A stretch of 64,000 nucleotides of DNA from Zygnema circumcarinatum SAG 698-1b (Eukaryota; Plantae; Zygnematophyceae): the NCBI GenBank assembly GCA_037447605.1, contig CM074811.1, positions 2,604,001-2,668,000 on the forward strand, in the 5' to 3' direction. The translations under genes and the position numbers were made by a program. Of this stretch, positions 47,633 through 58,325 are shown piece by piece; the first letter of the stretch is position 1; the number at the start of each line of letters is the position of its first letter. Under the pieces are notes generated by a model. It saw nothing but the letters and a program-made list of their open reading frames with translations. It was not told the DNA's origin and did no database searches.

Positions 47633-50600
47633 TCAGTTCGGGGCCGGGGCGCTCAGCTCAAACTCATTGGCAGAGCGGCCGTACAAGTTGTCTGCTCACA
47701 CCCGCGCATGGCTCCGCGTGAGTCCTGCATCCCCCGCATGCATGTCAGCCATGTACAAGGCCGACGACTTTCTTCTAAACAGGGGTGTGCACAAAAACAG
47801 GCCATTCTAGACGGGTGTGCACACAATCCGACGTTTCTAGAAAGGAGTATGCACACATCGCGACATTCTAAACAGCTGTACACACAATGCGTCATTCTCA
47901 ACGGGGAGTGCAACAATGCAGTATCCTAATAGGCGTGTGCACTAAAAAGTAAGAAGTCTGGGACTCACAAGGGCTTGTAGAGCCCTGCAGCTTATCAGCG
48001 CCGGCGGCAAGTGGGTTCCGTCTCCTCTGCCTTTGTCGTCGCACAAAGAAAGCGACTGCTCCGAGAACAGCTAGCAGCACTACCACGCCAATAATGACTC
48101 CCACTATCATCCCAATGCCGCCTCCACTGCCACCTCCTGTGCTGGTAGGAGGGGCGAGGGCTGGTAGGGGCACTCCATAGGGTGGAACATTGGCGCAGTC
48201 AAGCAGTCCTTGACCTCCACAAAGGTACGGGTTGCCAGAGTAGCTGCAGAGGGGGCAGTTAAGGGTTTCATCAGTTGAGCAGTGAAAAAAAAGGTGAGGG
48301 TGATGCAGGGTGTTGGAAGGGTGAAGTGCTTACTTCAATGACAAGGAGGATGGAGCTTGGACTAAGTCTGCAGGGAGCTGTCCTTGGAGATTATTGTTGG
48401 CGAGGTTTCTGCATCCAGCAGAAAGGAAAATTAGTCATTATACAGCAAGGACTGAAGAGCGTTTGAAAAAGCAGGTTTTCAAGCAACTTGATTGCAGGAG
48501 CAGCAACAGACAGGTTAGAAAGACTCACAAGTATGTAAGTGCCGGTAGAGAGCCGGTGCCAAGGTCATCTGGGAGGGTTCCGTTAAATTTGTTGTTGGAC
48601 AGATCGCTGCGCATCAAACAGATGAGAATAAGGAAAGCCTTTTAGATAGATATAGAAGTTTGATAAACATTGGCTTGCAGCAGAAACGCAAGCACTGGAG
48701 AAGAAAACAATAGGGGATATGCGCTTACAGATAGACCAGGTTATCCAGATCTGTGATCGTATTTGGGATGTTTCCAGTCAAAGTGTTGCCACTCAGGTCC
48801 CTGCAATGACAGGCAAACAGAAAGGCTTAGAATAGTTTGCACTTACATTATACATCAGGAACACTAAACAATTATAATAATCAACAATATCATTTCTGAT
48901 GTTCGAAGTATGTGAGGAAAAATGACTTACAATGATTTCAGATCAACAAGATATGAAATGTCAGGGTAGATGTAACCGTCCAGTTCAGAGTTCGGAAGCT
49001 GACTGCAGCATCACAAGAAGAAAACGTTAGAAATAGTGGAAAAGTACCCCGTAAACCAAATAGGAAGGAAAAGTAAGAAGGGGAGTGCAGCAATGTGGGG
49101 CAAAGCGCGGTCTCACATGGCAGATATCCTGCTTGTATCATCTTTCACTACACATGTCACGCCCCTCCATGCGACAGGTGCACATGGATCCCCCTGCCAG
49201 CCAATGAACTCCTTTACTCCCAAGCTCTCCTTCAGCTTATACATTGCCGTTTCTGCAAACAAGAAACAACCAGCAAAAATAGTGAGAAAACTTCCAAGTT
49301 CTACAATTAAAGCAACATTTCCGCTTAAACTGAGGGGAAAGGCATAAAGACTGTACTGACTTTGTGATAGTTCCGTCCTGTTGGCCTTCGGAAAGACTCC
49401 ATAGATTTCAACGCCGGTCAAAAGAGGTCCGAGCTTTGTCGTTGGAGAGCCGAGCTCAATTGTCAAGGAGTCAATGGCAGGTACATACTTCGTGTAGAGA
49501 GCGAGAACAGTGGAATAGCCGGCAATCGCATACACGTCCACAGTAGTATAGTTGGCTGAACCGGTAGTACTGTACATAGTTACTTCTTCTCCATTCATCT
49601 TCACAGTGAAGGTGCGATCGCCAGCCTTTACAACTGCAGCAACGAGGAGTCCCCACTTAGACGATGCAACCAGATACAGTTGAAACCCTAGCAGAAGAGT
49701 TCACGTGAAGATGGAGATTGCATAGTAAGAAGCGTACCATTGTTTGACTCTATAAAGAGAAGGTAGACGAGGACAGGCGTGTCCTTAAAGACAGTGAAAT
49801 TGTATAGAATGCGCCCCTTTGGAGTGGCTACAAGTTCATCTTGGAAGAGAGCTTTGGGCCAGAAGTAGGGTGCCTGGTCTATTCCAACTATATTCGTCAA
49901 GTTTGTCTCGTGAAGCGTAAGGCATGAAGGCGAGCAGCTGCCACAAAGAAAAGTCTGTTAAAAGGCAGCGAAGGTGCGAGGAGACGAACCAAAGAAACAA
50001 CCAAAATGCGATTACACGGAAAGAAGAAAGGAGAGCCGCTTACTCGATGAGATAGACATTGTTGATTTCATCACTGTACCACTGTCGCAGGCCCTTCTCT
50101 GTGTCATCGGTAAGCAAGTCACCAAAAGCCGTGCCTCCAGAGTTGATTCGATATAGGAGGTACAAAAGGGAAGATGAAGGAACATCTCCCGAAGTAGCGA
50201 TGTAAGCTGACTCATTAACCTGCAGGAAAAAAAAAAATTTAGCGCACGAAGGTCGCTCAGCCGATCCTCCATTGTAGGAAGCAAGCTTTGATAGATACAG
50301 CAGACTCGGCGAGCAACAGTGCCTAAAATCACACCTGAAGGACTTCCACTGAGTTGATCAGGGTCGCACTGCTTCCTTCATCTCCGATCACACAGAAATC
50401 GGCATATAAATCTTCGATGGACACCATTGCACTCTTGAAGGTGCCCGAACCAGTGGGCGAAAACCTCTCCAGAGCAACTCCTTCAATAGCAAGAGTCATG
50501 ACTGGCGGCTGCACCACAAACGCCCCAAAACATTGCAGACCACGTTATAAGCCCCCCTTGCATTACGATGGGAGGTATCGACAAACGAGAACAGAAGCAT

Positions 50601-53321
50601 GGGCGGGTTAAGGAAGTTCAAACAACTCACCACATCGTTGGTGTCCCAGTTCCCATAGTCAAAGAGACCACGGATGAGGTAACGTCCCGCAGTTGGCACA
50701 GGAACAGAGTAGCAATTCAGCTGAGAAGAAAGCAGAGGATCGAAGTATCGAAGAGTCATGGCTGCAGTGATTGAGTTGTTGGGTTGCAAAGCATTTGCAG
50801 CACTTCCACTTGAAAAGAAGTTATCGGACTGCCAGATGTTTCCAAAACCGTCCGTATAGTTCAGCCCACCTCCGCAATCAACTCGTGCTTTGAAAGCTGC
50901 ACACAGAAACACTAGGGTCAGCATTCCTGCAAATGTGCTCTGATCATGATTAAACCGTTCACACATGTCACCCTGCAACCAAAAGTGAAGAAATCGTACC
51001 ACCAGGCTGTTGAACCTCAACGTAGGGTTTGATAATCTCGTAAATTTCAATGCCATTGACAAGTGGAGGTAATCCCAGCGGCCATTCTTCCTTCAAAAAC
51101 ACTACTTCAATCATTCCTTCCCAGGTGCCATCATCTCCTTGAGTGAGGTTCGCCAATTCTACTTCCAGAGTGTGTATGTAAACTGTTTGCCCTTGGCTTG
51201 CAAATGCTGCGAGGTCAATAAGTTGTGAGAATACATTGTTGATGATAATTTTAAAGCCGCGCTGATTTGGCTGCAAGAACGAAACAAAACGGGAACGGGA
51301 TTAGGATTCTTGGAGTTAAGCAACCAAACTTTTGGAGGTAAATCAACATCCAACCACAGTCCAGGCCCAACGCACAGCAAAGGAAATAGCGGTACCTGCA
51401 CAGTAGTGTCGACTTCAGCTAAGTACACAACGACTAAGAAGTTGTTGGCAGTGTTGACTGGGCGAATGGAACTGAAAAGGTATCCCGTGGAATTCCCGGT
51501 AGCCTGCACCAACACATTCCAATTTTAGCCACCTCATTACGAAGTCCTCAAATACAATCATCCCATTCATTGATAAATCTAGGAACTGCAGCATTACCTC
51601 TCGAGCACTGCGGAGCATATCCTGCGGAAGACCGTAGGTTGCGAGAGTTGTTTGAATGACAATATCCTGTGAGGCACTAAGCTGTTTCCACAAATCGTCA
51701 GATACTGACGGATCCTCTCGTAAGTCGTCAGTCCAAGTGCGGTAGCCCTTGTTATCAGTGGCAGTGGGAACAACAGCTGAACCTCCAGAGTTGATTCGTG
51801 CCCATGCTGAGAGCACCACATCATCAGGAGCAGTCTCTGTGAATATGCCATTGTCCTGCCAGGTGTCACAAAATGACGAATTAGAAATGCCTGGCAGTGA
51901 GCAACAAGCATGGTCCTGCACATGGTGTGCTACTGGAAAAAATGGATGAAACGATAATGCTTACCACAGGCAAAACTTGGATGGAGTTGACAAATGGAGG
52001 GGAAACGTAATCCAGACCGTCCCCAGACGACTGGAGAGGAAGGAAGCAGATGCTTGCATTCCCATCAGTAATTGTGGCAATGTAGTCCGTGTAGTAAACG
52101 GGAATTTGCCAGCCAAAATCTCCTACAGCTTCTACAAAGTATTCCTCCACGCTCACACCAATGGAAAGACTTCCCCCATTGCTCTGAAAGATTCGAGTGT
52201 ACTCCGAGTCGTAGCTGCCATCATCAGAAGGGCGAAAAGTTAGCGCGGTTTTCCCCTCTACGGAACAGACCAAAATCAGAAATAAAACCAACCTACCAAC
52301 ATATAAACACCACGTAGGAGGTTTTTTGCCAGGACGCACTTGTTATAGCAGAAGCTAAGTCGGATGAGATAACGCCCTTTCTCCGGAGCCACTGGAATCT
52401 CGTAGCAGCTGTCTCCGCGCTTCCACACTCGCAATGTTTGATCAACGGCCGACATTCCTGCAACGAGGTTGCCCTGCAGAGTGCCAAAAGCCAGCCGCAA
52501 ATCACTTCCCCATACGCCCACTGTTGAAATAATTGTTTCCATACCAACTATAAAATCTAAGGCAGCAAATTTTGCTGCCAAGCATTACCGTTGGGATGGT
52601 TCCGATAGTGCCATTTGGCGAATAGAACTGATCCGCCATCCACTGGATGCCGGTGGTAGTGTCAAGGAAGCCGTTGGGGTTTCCAGAGTCGATGTAAATT
52701 GGACCTGTTCAAGAGAAAATCAAATTCCAATTAGACAGGCTTCCTCGGCTTCTTGAAAACCATTGAGACATCGATGACACCTCCTGCCAGTTTCTTCACA
52801 TGACATCAGCAATCTTAAGATTGTCATCAGGAATCAGGACAAAGCATTGATAAAACATCACGTGTCATGTGAAGCGGTATCTGAAAATCTTCACCACTTA
52901 AAACCTATATCCTGTAGAGGAACGTCCTAAAGGTTGCCTCTTTCACACGAGACAGCGATTCAGAGGCACATGACGGACAGAGCCGAGCAGACTACCCGAG
53001 CATGCACAGAGTCATAAATGCTACCGAGTGCATGAAGGCTCATGGAAACAATACTGCATTCCGGATAAAAGGAAAACATTTTATCCATTCCAGCCCTATC
53101 GTCCCATTTAAACAGCTGCCTATTCTACGACGTATTCCAAAATCGAGCACTGCACTTCATCCTGCACGTTCCCCTTCACCCTTGACCTACTCCATCACTA
53201 CCTGCTTCCAGCCCAGCCATCCCCTGCCAACCCTACACTCACTCTGATCCACCGACGCAGCCAATGCCGCTCCAACCATTCCAAAAACAAGCACCATTCT
53301 CAGCATCTTTCCGGCAGCCAT
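47633..53321 (-). CDS. Receptor-like protein: signal peptide, two tandem malectin-like domains, GDPC cap, ~4 LRRs, TM, short cytoplasmic tail, no kinase
   Basis: Signal exon 53321-53243. Domain 1: IYIDSG...QWMAD (~52705-52590), TLRVW..CYEIPV..GRYLIRLSF (~52480-52345), FVNSIQVLPV (~52235-51970), ARINSGG..RTWTDD (~51860-51600), YLAEVD, PPLVNGIEIYEI (~51275-51000). Domain 2: RVDCGG..WQSDNF..TLRYF..CYSVPV..GRYLIRGLF (~50900-50630), LINSVEVLQV, YRINSGG..RQWYSD (~50220-50040), DRTFTV..GPLLTGVEIYGV (~49690-49370). Cap WQGDPCAPVAWRGVTC (~49255-49117). LRR exons ~49000-48930, ~48800-48727, ~48605-48530, ~48410-48332. TM exon ~48244-47970. Last exon 47691-47633 (YNLYGRSANEFELSAPAPN*). Confidence 0.85.
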
Positions 53322-54262
53322 GGCCTCCGTGATCCCTCTCCCTCTCCCTATCCCCTTCCCTCTCTCCCTCCCTCTCTCTCTCTCCCTCCCACTCCTGTCT
53401 CCTGCAAGGAGCAGTGCCGCCTCCGCAGTCCTGCGCCGGTAGCCCTTGCACCCGAACCTGCCCCTCAATATAGGGGGTCCTTCTGCCAGCCCAGGCGTGA
53501 CCGTACCACCGTACCACCGTACCACCGTACGCTCGTACGTCGGCGCGCCGGGCCGCGAATCAATCGCAGCAGCGCATTAACGGCCGCGTCGGGCGGCAGA
53601 GGCGCGGCCCTTTCGTCCCGCCGCCTTCGCACGTGCCGGGGCGCGCCCCCGCCGCGCGCCAGCTGCCTTTGTCCGTACACCTCCAAAGGCCGCTCGGACC
53701 GCCGCCTTGTCTCAACCGCCCTGGAAATCCGCTCGGGCCCGCCCCATCGGGCTCATAATCGGTACCTTGCTAGGGTAAGCCTTGGGCCATCAGAGGCATT
53801 ACTCTAGAAAACGTGGCCAGCTAGATCCCCCCGTATCCCGGCGGCCGACGTAATCCGGCCGTCGCGGAGCGCGCCGCGGCGGAGTTCAGTTCCGATCGCG
53901 CGGCCGCAATCAGCTGAACCGCGCGAGCCGCGATTGGCTGGAGCCAAACTCGCGAATCGCGCGCTGCCGCGTGGCAGGTCGCCAAGTGGGACCCGGGCGG
54001 CGGCGGTCTCCGGCCCGCGCGCCGGCGCTGGCGCCAGCGGAGAGCCACGTGGCGGCGTTAACCGTTGGGATTTGGACCGCTTTGGCTCGCGCGAGCGCGA
54101 TAATTGCGCAGATTGGGCCAGCGCGGCGAGGCGGCGGAGCCGCGACCCGAGGCCCGTACGGAACTGCCACGCGGCAGGCGGGTAATGGTAGAGATTCAAT
54201 GTTTGGGGGCTGGAGAGATGTCGCACGTGCGAGGCGGCACGGTCATGGGTTCGTGATGGAGG

Positions 54263-54310
54263 GGATGGATGGATGGATGGATGGATGGATGGATGGATGG
54301 ATGGATGGAT
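54263..54310. repeat. (GGAT)12 microsatellite
   Basis: Directly visible. A shorter (GGAT)4 lies at 11682-11697. Confidence 0.95.
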
Positions 54311-54699
54311 GGACCGACCCGCAACAAAGTGCCTCGAAGATGGATGCGGAAATGCCACATGGGATGGCCATGGGGGGATGGGCCCCGCCCGGCACATGTG
54401 GATGTGACGCGGCATGCGGGCGGGCCAGACTGGCGGGGAGGGCGCCGCAGCGGGGGGATCGGATCCGCTGCTGCTGAAACGACACGTGGATGGAGGGCGG
54501 CGCTGATTGCCGTCGTGCCGCACGACTCGTGCGGCATGTCAAGCGGTACGCACTGTACGGCAATGTCGGTGGGATAGTGTCTCTCTTTAGGCTTCGTCGG
54601 AGTGGGCGCCCAGTTGGGGACTTGGGGCATACCGTGAGGGTGCGTTTTCATGGTTCAAGTTGGATCCGTTCGACTTCCTAAGGTAGCCACTGCGCGGTC

Positions 54700-56040
54700 A
54701 ATCCATGTTCGCGGCTGCTTCTAGCGGTGCGTTGTTGAGCCTAGGCGTAGCTTTCCGATAATAGCTTTTACTTTTGTCCCTAGGTCCTTTAGTTACTCGT
54801 GGTTCCCTATGATGATTTTGGCCATGTCATTTGATGGCATCGCCGTCGTGAGATCAAGGCCACATTTCTCTCTCCGGGGCACCATAGGTAGGTTTTTCTC
54901 GAGCGGCGAGTCACATGGCATGGCCGCATGAGGTAATGTAGCGGCAACAACCCAATACAGTACTGTACCGCGGCAGCCGTACCGTACCAGTGCTACGGGC
55001 TGTACGGTACAGTACCGTAGTGTGCCAGCTAGGCCCAGGCCCAGGCCCAAGCCCAGGCCCAAGCCCAGGAGCTGAGCACCGAGGCAGGCCTGGGAGGCCA
55101 CGGCAAGTGGCAGGCAGGGCCGCTGCGGGCCTCGCTGTCGAGCGGACTCGGCTCGCAGCCGCCATCGCGAGTGGAGTCGCGCCGCGTGCATCCCCTCCAA
55201 AGTCCAAACCCAATCCGCAGTGCCTCCCGGCGGCTGGCACAGAACGGTCGGACCATTGGGGCGCAACCATTGGCCAACCATTGGCTTCCAAAGGTTACCA
55301 GCCATTGGCAATTTCGGTCCGACGGCAAGGGTCTTGGGTTGCAACCATTGTCATCTAGTTTGCGACCATAGGCAATGGTTGATTCGGTCCGACGCCAGTG
55401 GCTCGCAGCCATTGGAATGGTTGGAAACCATTGGACGAACCACTTCTGATCCAATGGTTGGCAACCATGGCAATGGTTGGAACCATTACCTAGAAAGTGC
55501 AAATTTAGAACGCCAACTGGCGGATTCGGACTCACGTCTCATACGGTATTCGTTGGGAGCGACGCGCTTTAGGCTCCGCGACTGCTCCAACTTCCTGCAA
55601 CCGCTTGAAGCTATGGAGCCTGCAACTCACACGGAGGGTTTCCCACTTTCGCAACGAAGGGTTTCAACTGGCTGCAACTTCTGAGCTTCAGCCGGTTGGA
55701 ACCCCGAAAAAGGACACCGCGTCACCCAGCTAGCGCCAGCCACGTGGCCCCAAAAGTTGAACCACGCCAACATGTGTGGAAGTTGAAGAAAGTAGGACCA
55801 TGAGAACGCATCCTTAACTGTTTTACCGCAAATTAACATGACAAAACTATATAGAATAGAAAAGGATGTGGCATTGATCTCACAAGGGCGAGGCCATCAC
55901 ATGTACATGGACAAAAGCAGCATGGGAACCACGAGGAACTGGCCGCGAAGGACCTGAGCACAAAAGGAAAAAGCTAGGAGCGGAAACTACTACTGCTCTA
56001 CTATATAGACTAACAAATCGCCCTAACCAGTTCGAATCAT
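54700..56040. mobile_element. Segment bounded by two diverged, inverted copies of repeat family C (possible old TIR element)
   Basis: 54700-54864 is a diverged reverse complement of 55867-56040 (CTCGTGGTTCCC..CCATGT..TGATGGC..GTGAGATCAA.GCCACAT). No TSD found. Confidence 0.45.
55032..55067. promoter_or_regulatory. Six tandem site-II-like hexamers (TGGGCY on minus strand)
   Basis: GGCCCA GGCCCA GGCCCA AGCCCA GGCCCA AGCCCA. The repeat is certain, its function is not. Confidence 0.35.
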
Positions 56041-56215
56041 AGGCGATAGTTTGCAACCATTGAGTCCAATGGTTGCAACCGCTGGCAGTGCTTTGGCTCG
56101 CAAACATTCCAATGTTTGAATTCACGGTTGCAATCACTGGCAACGGTTGGTCGAATCAATTGTTCGCAACCATTTCAATGGTTGAGCCAACGGTTGACCC
56201 AACGGTTGATCCAAT
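55250..56215. repeat. Two clusters of CAACCATTGG/CCAATGGTTG/CAACGGTTG motifs in both orientations
   Basis: More than ten variants at 55250-55490 and several more at 56050-56215. Confidence 0.75.
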
Positions 56216-56756
56216 GCTCCGTCCTGTGGGACGAAGAGAGAATGGGGAAAGGATGGTCACGCCAGCGTGAGATCAACGCCACATCCCTCCTCTGAGATTG
56301 ACTGGGAAAGTTGGCAGCGTGGTTGCGCCTGCCCTTGTTTGCAGCTGCTCTTCAGCCACAAGAATTCCCAGTGCTGCAGCCTGCAGGTAAGCGCGCAAAC
56401 TGCGAGCAATATTGGTCGCCATCGGCATCGGTATTGCAAGCTTGGACGTGAGGATGCCGCGCTGTTCTAAAAGATTGCTGTTTTAGGTCTGTTTTGTGTT
56501 GTTGGAACTTAGCTCAAATAGAAAGTGCCCACTTCTTTTATTATGTGAAGCGTACCTGCGGAGATGCCCTGCGGACTCTCGAGCTAGTCGGCTTGAAGCC
56601 AAGTGTTTGAAATTTCAGCATGGAAACTCAGTGTTGAAACTCATTGTGAGACTCAATCCAGAGTTTTCTTGATTCGACAATCATGATAATTGGTTGCTGC
56701 ATAGACTTGATGTGAAGTAGCGGAGACAGATGCAGGCCGCAGAAAATACGTGGAGT

Positions 56757-57499
56757 ATGCTCGGCTTGAGCACTGCGAGTGGTACGTGTCCGAAGTTTCT
56801 TTTACATGTGATTGGCCTGTGGTAGGTTTGTGAGAGGCTCCCAGGGACAAAGGCGTCAGTACGGGCTACTCCCAATGATTGTAGTTTGAGGCAGATGCAG
56901 CGAGTGTAACCGCAGGTGCTGGAACCAGCTATTTGAGAAAGTCGAAGTCTAGATGTTAATCTGAAGAGCCTTAGTTGAAGTCGAGGTTGCAGGACAAAGT
57001 GTGCAAGTTCCAACGAGTGGAAGCCTGGAACGAGCGAGGCTGCTGCTGCAGGAGGATATTGAGCAGGCGAATGCCAGGCTGCCGCACTTTTGGGAACAGG
57101 CCTCATTGTGGCCGCTGCACTCCCTTGTATGCACATATTGATTGGACTGCTTGCTGAGTAAAATGTATCAGGCGACATCTGAACTACCTCCATTGCTGGC
57201 CCAGTTGCTGCAACATTTTTGTTAACTCTGTGGCAATATTTTGCAACGGCAATTCAACTATGTACACTTGGAGAATTTATCTGACTGTGATTTCGTGGCA
57301 TCAGTTAGCTGCTACTCGCTGGCATGCCCTGACCATGCCCTGAACACGGCTTGCCGCCTGTTCAGCGTCCTCATTTGCACTTGGGAGGCACCTGCAGGTC
57401 CATGATACCCAAGGTATCTCAGTTGCACTTCTTCCTCCGGCAGCTGAAGAAGATGCAACGTCAAGAGCCCGCCTGGAGGCCATGCAAACTGAAGAATGA
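56757..57499 (+). CDS. Possible small spliced gene of unknown function (~86 aa)
   Basis: Phase-compatible GT-AG exons 56757-56781, 56993-57126, 57398-57499 give MLGLSTASGQSVQVPTSGSLERARLLLQEDIEQANARLPHFWEQ...LEAMQTEE*. No family recognised. Confidence 0.3.
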
Positions 57500-58325
57500 C
57501 TCTGAAAGGTGGTTGAGAAGGATGAGCGTGGATCAGAGTTCAGCATTGCAAAGGAGCAGTCACCCTTGTAACCCATAGTGCATATCCTTTCCATAACTGA
57601 CCATTTCTTTCCTTGCATCTGGATATCTGTCACCTGTGCTGTTTTACACGTCCATGCCGGCTCGGTTTCGTTCAAGCCTACCATGTCTACTTACAGGGAG
57701 CAGCTTCAAAAAGGAGTATGAAAACAGTTACAATTAAAGCATATTCATGCGAGGCACCTTACGTATTGCGATTCCTTCAAGGCCTGGCTTCTCTCAAATT
57801 TTGATTGTGAGCTACTTAGAAACTTTCAAGTCAGAACAGTTTCCCCGTTCGTCACTTTGTCTCATGGTGGCAGCGGGACTAAGCTTCCGGAGAAGAAATG
57901 CTTATAGAGAACAAAGGCTCATTGGTACAAGAAGGAAAACCAATTTTTAATATGAGACTGCGATTACACAGCCATTCACTTTTCAGGAACAGTGACGGCG
58001 CTAACTGAAAGCTTTTAACCTGTTGGCGCTGCCTGTCTAGGGTTGACGTACTCTAGAACTGAGGCAAAATCCACTTCATCCATGAAACTCTGCCGGACTT
58101 ACAATTCAACTCTTCCTGAACTCAGCACTATATTTTTCTTTCTCTTTATCTCTCTCTCTTTTTCTCTCTTTCCCTCCTCTCTCTCCCTCTCTCTCTTTCT
58201 CTTTCTCTCTTTCTCTTTCTCTCTCTCCCCTCTCGCCCTCCCTCCCTTCCTCTCATCCCTCTTCCATCCACAACAAGGCTTTGCAGCGTCAGTCACAAAT
58301 GAAGATCACCCTCCCGGATCCAGGA

